DNA of 38,404 nucleotides from a virus, in the IMG/VR virus record IMGVR_UViG_3300045988_089052, positions 1 to 38,404 of that record; one strand, given 5' to 3'. The notes beneath the pieces are model-generated. The model was not told the DNA's origin, did not search any database, and saw only the letters and a list, made by a program, of their open reading frames with translations. Positions 13,887 through 22,744 of the stretch are shown here, piece by piece. Made by a program: the position numbers and the translations under genes. Positions within the stretch are counted from its first letter, which is position 1. Every line of letters starts with the position of its first letter.

Positions 13887-15764
13887 TTATATTTCTCGCC
13901 CATTTATAGTGATTCCTCCAACTCCATCATGGTTCACTCCAATACTTATTGCGGGAGATACAGTACCAATAATCGGTGGCATCAAATCTATTCTTGCACC
14001 TCCGCCTTCTGAAACAGACATCATTATAGATGGGTCATTGTTCGATGTTCTAAGGTTTAAATTGGAGTGTTGTTTTCCATTTTGATCTCTAAATGAAGCA
14101 ACATTAAATACAATATTCCCATCATCATCAAACATCTTAAAATTAGGATTGTAGTATAGGCTACTTCCATCAGACGAAAGAGCGCCAGACATTGACAATT
14201 CCAATGCCGTATTACCAGATTCGTCGTACATTCTAAGATAAGGAAGATATGTTTTTCCTGATTTTTCCGCAAAAATTTCCCCGGCAATATTTCCTGCTCC
14301 ATCCCCGATTTTTATGCTCCCGAATGTTCCATTTCCGGTTAAATTTGCTTCTCCAGTTTCCATATTAATGCTTGACGCACCATTCAAACTCTGCAAAACG
14401 CCTGCTTTGATAAGGTTTGCTGTCAGCACGCCTGTCGTGATGAAGTCTGCGACTAAACTCCCGTCAATCGTCCAAGCGTTTCTGTAAGGCCCGTTTACAC
14501 CATTCGTTGAAAACCCAATGCCGTTTGTATTTATGCGCAACACATTTTTTGCGGTTTCGGCGCTTGGCGTGTCCAGAAACAGGATTTCTTTCCATGTGCC
14601 GTTGTCATCCTTAACCGCTATTACATAGCCATCGGCACTGGTTAGCCAATTTGTAGCGTTGTTTATGGCTTTTTGCATTGCGCTTGTTGTCGGTGCTTTT
14701 TCTATTTTTTGCTGCTGGTCTGCAATCGTATCTGCAATATTGGTGCGCGCTTCTCCAAGCTCCACACTTGTATAGCGTTCTTGCAGCACATCATAAACGG
14801 TTTTTACGCATTTGGCCGTTGCAGACACTCCCAATTCCGGGAACTCAACATTTACCGTATCGCAAAGTTCTACGCGTTCCAAAAGCGCAATGTTTTTATA
14901 TTCTTCGGTCTGTTCAAGCTGAATAAACGATACATCCAGGCTTACTTTGGGCACGCCAATGTTATTTGCCGTCATGTATGTATTAGCGCGGTTCCTTAGC
15001 TGCTCCTCCGTAGGCGCGCTTTCAAACTCTTGCGATAAATCCAGGGCCATGATTCGTGTAAAATTATATGTGCCGGGAGCGTTTAGAATTTTTTCAGGAA
15101 GTGTGACAAGGTTGTTATCGGTATCCATCCAATATGGATAAACGCCTGTATAAACGCTGGAAATGTTTTCGTCTTGTTCAAGGCTGGTAAGATTTTTACC
15201 ATACCTGATAGATACCCCGCGATTCATTCCGCGCTGGTTATATAGACGAACGGTGTATCGGTCAAATTGATATTCTCCGCCATATACATCTAATACGCTG
15301 CCTTGTTGACCACCTAGCAACGAACGCGTGGACGCTGGTGCCACTACAGACATTGTTGCAACCGTTTCTTTATCCGTCCAGAATGTAAACGGGCTTTCGA
15401 TTGCCGCGCTGCTTTGCAGCTTGGACATAGCTTCTGCCGCGCTCCCGGCTGTAAATGGAGACACAGGGATTCCGGATAGATCATAACTGATGTGTTCACT
15501 ATAAATCGTTATAATGCCGTTGATCGGTTTGGTAATCCTATAAATGCGAAATGGTTGCGTGTTCTCTACGGGGTTTGGAGATGCCAAAATAATGTTTCGC
15601 GTTTTTATTTCTTTATAATGGATTCCTGTAATCGGATACTGCATTTCAAGTTCAAGAATGCCGTTGCGTTCATATGTGACTTCACAAAAAATGGCATCAG
15701 CTAAAATGCCGATGCCATTCGTATCAAAAATATTTTCTGTGGATTCAAACAAAATAGGATTCAT
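13887..15764 (-). CDS. Tail-associated lysin / minor structural protein (Tal, prophage tail endopeptidase family)
   Basis: ATG 15764 has an ATGA overlap with Dit. MNPILFESTENIFDTNGIGILADAIFCEVTYERNGILELEMQYP is typical of the phage minor structural protein N-terminal region. Confidence 0.75.
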   Translation of the reverse strand: MNPILFESTENIFDTNGIGILADAIFCEVTYERNGILELEMQYPITGIHYKEIKTRNIILASPNPVENTQPFRIYRITKPINGIITIYSEHISYDLSGIPVSPFTAGSAAEAMSKLQSSAAIESPFTFWTDKETVATMSVVAPASTRSLLGGQQGSVLDVYGGEYQFDRYTVRLYNQRGMNRGVSIRYGKNLTSLEQDENISSVYTGVYPYWMDTDNNLVTLPEKILNAPGTYNFTRIMALDLSQEFESAPTEEQLRNRANTYMTANNIGVPKVSLDVSFIQLEQTEEYKNIALLERVELCDTVNVEFPELGVSATAKCVKTVYDVLQERYTSVELGEARTNIADTIADQQQKIEKAPTTSAMQKAINNATNWLTSADGYVIAVKDDNGTWKEILFLDTPSAETAKNVLRINTNGIGFSTNGVNGPYRNAWTIDGSLVADFITTGVLTANLIKAGVLQSLNGASSINMETGEANLTGNGTFGSIKIGDGAGNIAGEIFAEKSGKTYLPYLRMYDESGNTALELSMSGALSSDGSSLYYNPNFKMFDDDGNIVFNVASFRDQNGKQHSNLNLRTSNNDPSIMMSVSEGGGARIDLMPPIIGTVSPAISIGVNHDGVGGITINGREI

Positions 15765-16465
15765 AATGTCCACCACCTTGGCGTGATTTCTATTCCTGTG
15801 ATTCCGCCGCTCCAACCAATTTGATTTTCACCATGTTCCAATTTTGGGAATGTAGCAGCAGAAATTGTATTATTCTTATTTTCTGTGCCCTTGTAAGCGT
15901 TTTGCGTGTCACAATCGAGCATCACGTACTCTTCGATGTTTTTAAATTGTACGGAATACTCCCCAATCCGGAGCATTCCGCTTCCGTTTCCTCTTACATT
16001 TATAATAGGCAGCGCCGGAAATCCGAAATTATACAAGTTTCCAGACGCTGAAAATGATATTGGGTATTCTCCGGATTTTAAAAATTTTTGAGGCATGCAA
16101 TCAAATTCAATTGAAAACGGAGCCAAAAGCTTCATGCGGATTTCGATTTCAGGCCCATTTATAATCCTTGCCATTCGATAACATTCGGGCTCGTCTGTTG
16201 TTTCAAGCCTGCGATATCCTTGGGTAAGCAAAGTCCAGCGAAAGATTCGATCTAGCGCTTCATTCACGCCGCGTTGTAAAGCAAAGCAATCTACAGAGCC
16301 TGTCCGGTTTGCAAACGCTCCCTGATAAAAATGTAGGTCTCCGTTGCGCCCCGGAACCGATTCTGTAGATACTTTCGGTGTCGCTTGGCTAAACTCAATA
16401 GGCCCTTGCAAATAAATTCCAAAATCTTCGGAGCATTCACCATCAAGCCAAAAACGATCTTTCAA
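15761..16465 (-). CDS. Distal tail protein (Dit)
   Basis: 234 aa immediately after the TMP gene, with overlapping stop and start. The siphovirus tail-component N-terminal pattern is present (FWLDG..S.DFGIYL). Confidence 0.75.
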   Translation of the reverse strand: MKDRFWLDGECSEDFGIYLQGPIEFSQATPKVSTESVPGRNGDLHFYQGAFANRTGSVDCFALQRGVNEALDRIFRWTLLTQGYRRLETTDEPECYRMARIINGPEIEIRMKLLAPFSIEFDCMPQKFLKSGEYPISFSASGNLYNFGFPALPIINVRGNGSGMLRIGEYSVQFKNIEEYVMLDCDTQNAYKGTENKNNTISAATFPKLEHGENQIGWSGGITGIEITPRWWTL

Positions 16466-18279
16466 GCTCGTGCCGCCTCCCTTCTGGAAAATGCATTTTG
16501 AATTTTATACATAACAATATCGGCAAGCTGGTTGACATCTTGGCCTTGCGCTCCATACACATTTATATTGATGCCTTCGCTTGGGGAATTTCCCCTTAAT
16601 TGTTTCGCCTGTTTTGCGGGGACAACCATTTCACCTTTGTGCAGTTCTGCGATGTATCCATCAAACGGTACATAGTCAAGGCCGGATGCGTGCGAGCCAT
16701 TAACGCTTCTGCTGGATGTTTGATTCACGTTAACGCTTACGCTTCGATTTCCAAACAGAGAATCCCACAATCCGTTAAACCACGAAACCAGGCCGTTCCA
16801 TGCCGCGGCAATACCATCTATAATCCCCTGAACAATTTGTCCGCCAGCTCGCATTAAATCCAAATACAAACTTGCAAGGCCGTTTATAATAGCATTGATA
16901 AGCTCCGGTAATGAAGCTACCAGTTGTGGAATAGCTTGCATAATGCCTTTTATTAAATTGAGTAAAATGTTTATACCGGATTGTATGATAGTTGGTAGAT
17001 TTTGAGATATGAAAGTAGTAAAAGACTTTATAATTTTGGGTAATTGTCCAACCAATTCGGGAATTGAGTTGATAATGCCATTTACCAAAGAATTGAGCAT
17101 TTCAACGCCTTTTTCAAGAATAGACGGCAAATTTTCCGTAATAAAATTCAGAAAATCGTCTATGATTTGTGGCAATCGACTCATCATATCAGGCAATCCG
17201 TTTTCTATGCCTGTTGTTAGTTGACTTAATAAACTAGTGCCAGCTTCAAGCACTTGAGGCAGACTGCTGGCAATCCCTTCGACGATGCCACTTACAAGCT
17301 TGACGCCTGCGCTTAAAAGAGACGGTAAAACATTTGTAACTAATCTCGGTACTGCCTCTCCAATCACCGGTGCCAACTTTGATATAAGCGTACCGACTCC
17401 AATTAATGTTTGCTCAACTCTTGGGATAATATTTTTTGCTGCCGTTGCAGTGCTATCTGCAAAATTGTTAATCAGTTTATCCAAATCGGAATTTTCATCT
17501 GCAAGACCTGTGACAAGATTGCTCCATGCTGATTTCATGGAATTTATGCTGCCTTCAATGGTTTCCGAAGCTTCAGCTGCTGTTGTGCCCGCAATCCCCA
17601 TTTCTTCCTGCATTACATGGATAGCTTCTGTGATATCGGCAAATGAAGAAATGTCATACTTGATACCTGAAATCTTTTGCGCATCCTTTAAAAGACGCTC
17701 CATTTCTTCTTTTGTGCCACCATACCCAAGTTTGAGATTATCGAGCATAGTGAAGTTTTGTTTTGCAAATCCTTGATAAGCATTTTGTATCATATCGATA
17801 CTTGTACCCATCTTATTTGCATTATCAGACATGTCGGTTATGGCTTGATCAGCCACAACTGCTGCTTTTTCTGTGTCACCGCCAAGACTTTGAATCAAAG
17901 ACGCAGAAAAGCTAGTCACAGTATTCATGTATTCATTTGCAGACATTCCGGCTGTTTTATATGCATTTGCCGCATACTGCTGGACTGTATCAGACGCCTG
18001 CTTAAATAATGTGTCTACACCACCAACTAACTGCTCGTACTCTGCATAGTTTTCAACAGATGCTTTTGTCAATGCCGCAATGCCTGCTGCCGCTGCCCCG
18101 ATTGCAGCAACACCAACCTTTGCCGCTGCTGCAAGACCTGTTTTTAATTTATCTGCAAATGATGATGTTTTTTTGCCTGCATCATCTATGCCTTTTTGAT
18201 ATTCACTATCATCTAACGTAATTTTTGCATACAGGTCAAAAAGATTCAGAGGTGCCCCCTCCTTTCGTTGAGATGGCAC
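16462..18279 (-). CDS. Tape measure protein (start codon uncertain)
   Basis: 605 aa, Ala/Gly/Ile-rich and helical with repeated LPxIIxxxxxxI segments. Positioned after the G/T chaperone. The annotated GTG lies inside a hairpin and upstream of the only good SD. Confidence 0.85.
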   Translation of the reverse strand: MPSQRKEGAPLNLFDLYAKITLDDSEYQKGIDDAGKKTSSFADKLKTGLAAAAKVGVAAIGAAAAGIAALTKASVENYAEYEQLVGGVDTLFKQASDTVQQYAANAYKTAGMSANEYMNTVTSFSASLIQSLGGDTEKAAVVADQAITDMSDNANKMGTSIDMIQNAYQGFAKQNFTMLDNLKLGYGGTKEEMERLLKDAQKISGIKYDISSFADITEAIHVMQEEMGIAGTTAAEASETIEGSINSMKSAWSNLVTGLADENSDLDKLINNFADSTATAAKNIIPRVEQTLIGVGTLISKLAPVIGEAVPRLVTNVLPSLLSAGVKLVSGIVEGIASSLPQVLEAGTSLLSQLTTGIENGLPDMMSRLPQIIDDFLNFITENLPSILEKGVEMLNSLVNGIINSIPELVGQLPKIIKSFTTFISQNLPTIIQSGINILLNLIKGIMQAIPQLVASLPELINAIINGLASLYLDLMRAGGQIVQGIIDGIAAAWNGLVSWFNGLWDSLFGNRSVSVNVNQTSSRSVNGSHASGLDYVPFDGYIAELHKGEMVVPAKQAKQLRGNSPSEGININVYGAQGQDVNQLADIVMYKIQNAFSRREAARA

Positions 18280-18313
18280 CTCTTAGCCCATCTCTCTCAA
18301 CACTTAGAGAGAG
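18248..18313 (-). promoter_or_regulatory. Two-hairpin RNA module A (conserved loop UAAGUGUU, then GGGCUAA, then a second hairpin)
   Basis: Minus-strand RNA CUCUCUC-UAAGUGUU-GAGAGAG, au, GGGCUAA, then AGAGGUGCC-(18-nt loop containing AAAGGAGGG)-GGCACCUCU. A second copy is at 19527-19603. Confidence 0.55.
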
Positions 18314-18929
18314 GAAAGAATATTTTTCATGTGATTGATAATTTCGTCCTTTGTGCGCGTTTCTTCCGGTTTTGGATCTATAATTTCAATGTATCTAGCC
18401 TTCATGTACGAGCCGCCAGAAATTCTTGATACATTTTCTCCAATTACTTTAAGCGCGTCTGTCACATATACTTCATATGCGATTTGTTTTTGCTTTTCAT
18501 TGAATTTTGATATGGCATACCGCGTAAAAGCAATTACGCTGTTGTATCCTCTGTATTCTCCTGCACAGAGCCAGAGGAATCCCCGCCCTGTGCTGAGGTA
18601 AAAAGTTCCGTAAAGGCTTCATCGGTCATCAAATCAACAAAATCTTTTGTGAGCTTTACAAGGTTAAGCTTTTTACTGTATTCTGCTGCACTTGTTCCCT
18701 CAACGGATGCCAAAATTGAAATAATATCCGCTTTGTGATTTTTTAGCAGCTGTGGGAGTGACTTTTTTGCTCGATTCAGCAAAAATCCTTTTGCCGTTTC
18801 GCCTTCTGGCAGCTTTTCTCGTTTAAACATTGCTGCCGCAATATCATCGGTTGCAATATTGGTAATAGGCTCAATAATTTCAGCGATTACATCTAAAGTG
18901 CGTTCGCCTTTAATATCAGATAGTCTCAT
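18304..18929 (-). CDS. Tail assembly chaperone G-T fusion made by a -1 frameshift
   Basis: The -1 frame is open from 18618 down to TAA at 18304-18306. It encodes ...AFTRYAISKFNEKQKQIAYEVYVTDALKVIGENVSRISGGSYMKARYIEIIDPKPEE..., typical of gpT extensions. The U-run CUUUUUA is at 18599-18605. Confidence 0.6.
18534..18929 (-). CDS. Tail assembly chaperone (gpG analogue)
   Basis: 131-aa acidic protein between the major tail protein and TMP genes. Confidence 0.7.
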   Translation of the reverse strand: MRLSDIKGERTLDVIAEIIEPITNIATDDIAAAMFKREKLPEGETAKGFLLNRAKKSLPQLLKNHKADIISILASVEGTSAAEYSKKLNLVKLTKDFVDLMTDEAFTELFTSAQGGDSSGSVQENTEDTTA

Positions 18930-18941
18930 TATTCACCTCGT

Positions 18942-19511
18942 TTATTCAGTAGGAGCAGCACTATAAAACTCCATCGGCATCGAATCTTGTGCATCAAGCG
19001 ACACATGGCCAGTCAGTTCTACGGATACTTGTCCCTTACCATTTTTCGAAGTCTGTAGGGTAAACCCGCCAGTAGAAAGAGCGTTTTTTAGACAAACAGC
19101 AACCATACCTCCGTCGGCACGATCTCCAACCCACCATAAATCGGCAAAATCGGATTGCTTCAGGTCACGTCTCGGCGTGATTTTCGTCGAATCTGGGCTA
19201 CCAATATCCGCTGCGCCCAACGCCAATCGGATAGATTCCGGCGATGTTCCAAGCGATGTAAAAGACATCTTGCATTCCCAGCTATCCAGATGTTTCAGCT
19301 CTTTCATATTCACGGGGCAGTTATCAACATCCTCGCCCATGTCAGAATACGTCGGTACGCACGAAACATTTATACCGCCTGTTGTTGCGCATACAATATC
19401 TGCATCTTCTGGCGCTGTGGGAGTCGCTGGTGTAAATTTTTTAAGCACAACACCCGCATCAAGTTGCATTTCTTCAAATGTACTCTGAGGAATTACTGTA
19501 AATTTTCCCAT
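18942..19511 (-). CDS. Major tail protein
   Basis: ATG 19511 follows GAAAGGAGAAATACA, so MGKFTVIPQSTFEEMQLDAG... is the product rather than the track start at 19586. Position is upstream of the chaperone. Confidence 0.7.
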   Translation of the reverse strand: MGKFTVIPQSTFEEMQLDAGVVLKKFTPATPTAPEDADIVCATTGGINVSCVPTYSDMGEDVDNCPVNMKELKHLDSWECKMSFTSLGTSPESIRLALGAADIGSPDSTKITPRRDLKQSDFADLWWVGDRADGGMVAVCLKNALSTGGFTLQTSKNGKGQVSVELTGHVSLDAQDSMPMEFYSAAPTE

Positions 19512-19526
19512 TGTATTTCTCCTTTC

Positions 19527-19568
19527 AAAAAACAAATGCCACCCATTCAAAATTTTGAACAGGTGGCA
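19527..19568 (-). terminator. Strong intrinsic terminator immediately upstream of the major tail protein RBS
   Basis: Minus-strand RNA UGCCACC-uguucaaaauuuugaaug-GGUGGCA followed by UUUGUUUUUU. The loop extends the stem through UUCAA/UUGAA pairing. Confidence 0.7.
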
Positions 19569-19572
19569 ACGT

Positions 19573-19603
19573 TTAGCCCTTCCCACTCAACACTTAGAGC
19601 GGG
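19573..19603 (-). promoter_or_regulatory. Hairpin module B (CCCGCUC-UAAGUGUU-GAGUGGG, aa, GGGCUAA)
   Basis: It has the same 8-nt loop, spacing and GGGCUAA as module A. The stem differs by one compensatory pair plus one pair that is G-U only on the minus-strand RNA. Confidence 0.55.
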
Positions 19604-19612
19604 GGAATATAT

Positions 19613-19981
19613 TTAATTTGCTGTTAAATATTCTGCGGTTACATTCAAGTACCGCCGCTTGATATTTGCATCCGTCTCATCTTTTAGTGATTGACACCAT
19701 GGAGAACCGCGTTTTAACCAAATATAACCGCCATCGCATGTAATCACTTTTCCGCCAGTTCCAAGTGCATTAGACACTTCCTGTGCTTTATCGTTTGGCG
19801 TTTTTTCGCTTGTTGTATAATACCACAAATTAACAGTCAAACTTACCTCTCCGCCTTCCCAAGCGTCAGTGACGAGCTCGTATGTTAAATACGGAAAAAC
19901 AACATCGGAGGGAACTGCGGATGCAGCATACGCTGGTAAAAACTGTGTAAAAAAACTTTGCAATGCCGCTGCTTTTGTCAT
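19613..19981 (-). CDS. Tail completion / neck protein (assigned by position)
   Basis: ATG 19981 (MTKAAALQSFFTQFLPAY...) has an ATGA overlap with the upstream gene. Confidence 0.5.
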   Translation of the reverse strand: MTKAAALQSFFTQFLPAYAASAVPSDVVFPYLTYELVTDAWEGGEVSLTVNLWYYTTSEKTPNDKAQEVSNALGTGGKVITCDGGYIWLKRGSPWCQSLKDETDANIKRRYLNVTAEYLTAN

Positions 19982-20328
19982 TGCGGCAACTCCTTTCGTT
20001 CTGCTGTAAAACATTTAAGATCAAACGATGCAGAACCAGGTGATTTCTTTTCTTCCGGGTTTGAAGTAACACGATATGTAAACCCTGTTGCTTTGTCTTT
20101 AAAGTAATCGTTATACTCAATAGGCACTGTCTTTTGCACCAACGCCAAATACAAACTTGTTACGCCCTCTTTTTCGGCGCGTCGTGCTTCCATGCTCGTG
20201 TCCAAAGCTTGATGGTTAATAAAAACTGCGCCTTCCGACCATTGCAAAATATAACCGCCTTCTCCATCCGGAATACGCGTTTTTTCCATAATTACACATG
20301 GAATAGCAAAATCATCTAACAAACTCAT
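19978..20328 (-). CDS. Head closure / head-tail adaptor protein (assigned by position)
   Basis: ATG 20328 follows GGAGG, giving MSLLDDFAIPCVIMEKTRIPDGEGGY..., which is similar in style to SPP1 gp16-type head-closure proteins. Confidence 0.5.
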   Translation of the reverse strand: MSLLDDFAIPCVIMEKTRIPDGEGGYILQWSEGAVFINHQALDTSMEARRAEKEGVTSLYLALVQKTVPIEYNDYFKDKATGFTYRVTSNPEEKKSPGSASFDLKCFTAERKELPQ

Positions 20329-20330
20329 AA

Positions 20331-20825
20331 TTACCTCCACGGATAATCAGGGTCAAACGGGCGTTTATATATCGGAGTATTGATTTTAGTGGGCTGCACA
20401 GCGTCAAAATTTCCCACTTTTCGGTATGCATCCAATTGCGATTTAAACGCATCTTGCCATCCGATAGCATTTCCATTGTTGTTTGTGGCTTTTGTGTAAG
20501 AATATCCACCAAAACTTTCGGAAACATACGGCCCCGAAACTCCATTTTTTGTTTTCCATGCAATGATCTCTTCTGAAACCGTTATAATCGAGTTTGGCAC
20601 TGCAAGCGCCCAAACAGCTCCGTCAAAAGTTTCATCGACAAGCGTTAATTCGTTTCCGTATTTATACAATCCGTCATTAAATACGCTACCGATAATCCTA
20701 AAATATTGTTTATCAACAAGAAACGGCAGCGTAATGCCGCCGTTCTCAATGGTATAAACATTCTCATGTATTCCATTTGGCACTAAAAACCAATTGTTTA
20801 TGTGCCTAAGAACTTCCTCAAGCAT
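20331..20825 (-). CDS. Head-tail connector protein (assigned by position)
   Basis: 164-aa ORF directly downstream of the capsid gene. Confidence 0.45.
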   Translation of the reverse strand: MLEEVLRHINNWFLVPNGIHENVYTIENGGITLPFLVDKQYFRIIGSVFNDGLYKYGNELTLVDETFDGAVWALAVPNSIITVSEEIIAWKTKNGVSGPYVSESFGGYSYTKATNNNGNAIGWQDAFKSQLDAYRKVGNFDAVQPTKINTPIYKRPFDPDYPWR

Positions 20826-20848
20826 TACGCTGCCTCCCTGTCTTATGC

Positions 20849-21847
20849 TTAAGCTCCGGTTTTAGGCGATGTAGCAATCCCCTTAAGTACCGCCGCTTTA
20901 AGAGTGTTTTTCAGTGCAACGCCAGCCACAAGTTCAACTTCGCCAGTTTTGACCGCCCCCGGGGACATCAAGTCAGGCATATAAGACTGGATTACACTGG
21001 TTCCCGTAGGAGAAATACCGTGGAAACCATCAAGGCCAAGCGACACGGCATAAATCTCGGAAGTGCCGGCAGCAGATGAACTGGCCGCAGTATCCGCCAC
21101 AACATCAACAGTCGCCGAGCCGTTATAGTATTTTCCTGCATCCATCAAGGGAATGCCGTTGTATGTTTCTACATATCGGCCAAAATCATCTTTGGTACGA
21201 TCATAATACCCAGCGCGGCGCGCACATCCACGCACTCTGGTAAGCATTTTGGAGTTCATCAACAGCATTGACGGCGTGCCATCCAGCGCCGTAAGGAACC
21301 CATCCAACTCATCCAGAAAAGCATTGCAGTTTGCATCCAGTTCAGCGGCGTTTGTAAGGCTTACGGCGCTGGTAATTTCATTGGACGTACCAGCCAACAG
21401 TTTCTTAAGGCCGTCAAACGTGTTCGGAATAAACCCAGCGCCGGAAGACGCCGAAGTGCCGTTGATTACAAGATTATGGAAATAATTCGCCGTCGCTTTG
21501 ATTTTCTGCTCCGCCTGGAATGCCAGCTCATCAATTGCGCCGCTCGTGTTCTGTAGCACACGGTCAATCTGGAATGAGCCACCCATAATGATTGCATTTG
21601 TAGTTTTCTTTTCGCGTTTCGCTTCGCCAGCAGTGTATTCGCTGTTAATGGTACGTACTGCCGCCGTGCTGGGAGTTTTCAGCTGAATATACCCATAAGA
21701 CAGGGTAGAACCACCAGTCCCCGGAGAGATACAGTTGTCAAATGTCAAACGATCCAGCAGCAACGAGCTGCGACGAAACATATCAATGACCTGCTGGTCA
21801 ACTTTGTCGGCCATACCGACCTTAGCTTCTGCAAGAGTAATAGGCAT
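20849..21847 (-). CDS. Major capsid protein
   Basis: 332 aa immediately after the scaffold gene. MPITLAEAKVGMADKVDQQVIDMFRRSSLLLDRLTF is typical of a Firmicutes phage capsid family. Confidence 0.8.
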   Translation of the reverse strand: MPITLAEAKVGMADKVDQQVIDMFRRSSLLLDRLTFDNCISPGTGGSTLSYGYIQLKTPSTAAVRTINSEYTAGEAKREKKTTNAIIMGGSFQIDRVLQNTSGAIDELAFQAEQKIKATANYFHNLVINGTSASSGAGFIPNTFDGLKKLLAGTSNEITSAVSLTNAAELDANCNAFLDELDGFLTALDGTPSMLLMNSKMLTRVRGCARRAGYYDRTKDDFGRYVETYNGIPLMDAGKYYNGSATVDVVADTAASSSAAGTSEIYAVSLGLDGFHGISPTGTSVIQSYMPDLMSPGAVKTGEVELVAGVALKNTLKAAVLKGIATSPKTGA

Positions 21848-21854
21848 AATTTAT

Positions 21855-22418
21855 TTATCCTTTCTCGTATTTAACCCGCAAGGCATCTGCAAGATTTTTA
21901 GGCTCTGCGGGGCTTGGATTGTTTGCCGGAGGATTAGGGGTTTTCACTCCATTTGTCGTTTCAACAACAACAAAATCTGCCCATTCTTTTTTTGCGTTTT
22001 CCGTCAATTTTTCGGCATCTTTAATTTTTCCATCTTCGATTTCCAAACTATCAATATCAGATACTTTCAAAATTGCATCAATGCGTTTTTCACTAATCCC
22101 GGCGTTTTTCAAAATTCCACGGTAAGCAGATTCCTTTGCTTCGTGATTTTCTTTTTGTGTCTGTTCGTTTTTGAATTTTTCAAAATCCTCTTTGAGAGCG
22201 TCATATTTGACTTTATAGCTGTCTTTCTTTCCAGCTTCAAGGTCAGCCTGCGCTTTTTCCAGTTGCTTTCGGATATCAGGCAGGACTTTTGCGTCTTCCT
22301 CATACTTTTTCAAGTCAGTCTTTAGGCCATCGACTGTTTCGCTATGTGCTTCGATAATCTGATCGATCTTATCATCCTCGATACCCATAGCTTTCAACAT
22401 TTTTCGTGTAAGTGCCAT
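21855..22418 (-). CDS. Scaffolding protein (GP20-like)
   Basis: ATG 22418 (MALTRKMLKAMGIEDDKIDQIIEAHSETVDGLK...). Highly charged coiled coil. The track start at 22544 runs through terminator hairpins. Confidence 0.7.
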   Translation of the reverse strand: MALTRKMLKAMGIEDDKIDQIIEAHSETVDGLKTDLKKYEEDAKVLPDIRKQLEKAQADLEAGKKDSYKVKYDALKEDFEKFKNEQTQKENHEAKESAYRGILKNAGISEKRIDAILKVSDIDSLEIEDGKIKDAEKLTENAKKEWADFVVVETTNGVKTPNPPANNPSPAEPKNLADALRVKYEKG

Positions 22419-22501
22419 TTCTATCTTCCTTTCCTTTGGCCCCGGTTCCTCGGGGACGATAGTTGTATAAAAACCGCTGTGCTTCGCGGGTTTTACCAAA
22501 C

Positions 22502-22547
22502 AAAAAAAGCGTGGCCACCCACCCATTTCTGGATGAATAACCACGCT
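22502..22547 (-). terminator. Intrinsic terminator after the embedded cassette
   Basis: Minus-strand RNA AGCGUGG-(26 nt)-CCACGCU followed by UUUUUUG. A second, weaker hairpin plus U5 lies at about 22470-22495. Confidence 0.65.
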
Positions 22548-22567
22548 CGGTTGTTACGCAAAAACAC

Positions 22568-22744
22568 TTATTTGCGCCAAACGCTATTTATTTTTGCTGG
22601 TTGGGTATCTTTCTTTATTCTATGCGGGAAATACCCAACCATGCCGCCGTCAGGCGTTTCCTTGTAGACGAAAATGTCGTTCAAATATTCCTGTGTAACA
22701 GGCTTCGGTCTAATAATGAAAGGCTGTTTTTCGCAGAAATTCAT
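22568..22744 (-). CDS. Small basic hypothetical protein (58 aa), missing from the ORF track
   Basis: My own translation: MNFCEKQPFIIRPKPVTQEYLNDIFVYKETPDGGMVGYFPHRIKKDTQPAKINSVWRK. It has an ATGA overlap with the RHH gene. Confidence 0.5.
   Translation of the reverse strand: MNFCEKQPFIIRPKPVTQEYLNDIFVYKETPDGGMVGYFPHRIKKDTQPAKINSVWRK

Noticed and set aside
20312-20563. Minus-strand ORFs 20312..20563 and 19866..20120, which overlap connector genes in alternative frames.
   Set aside because: They are out-of-frame overlaps with better-supported, translationally coupled genes. They have no SD and poor composition.
21855-22544. N-terminally extended versions of several track ORFs: scaffold from 22544, major tail protein from 19586, Tal from 15815, terS from 28294, 35972..36889, and the early genes at 32338, 33027, 33326 and 33769.
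   Set aside because: The extensions run through terminator hairpins, intergenic structure or the preceding gene. An internal ATG or GTG with a good GGAGG-type SD and an ATGA/GTGA coupling overlap gives a more sensible start in each case.
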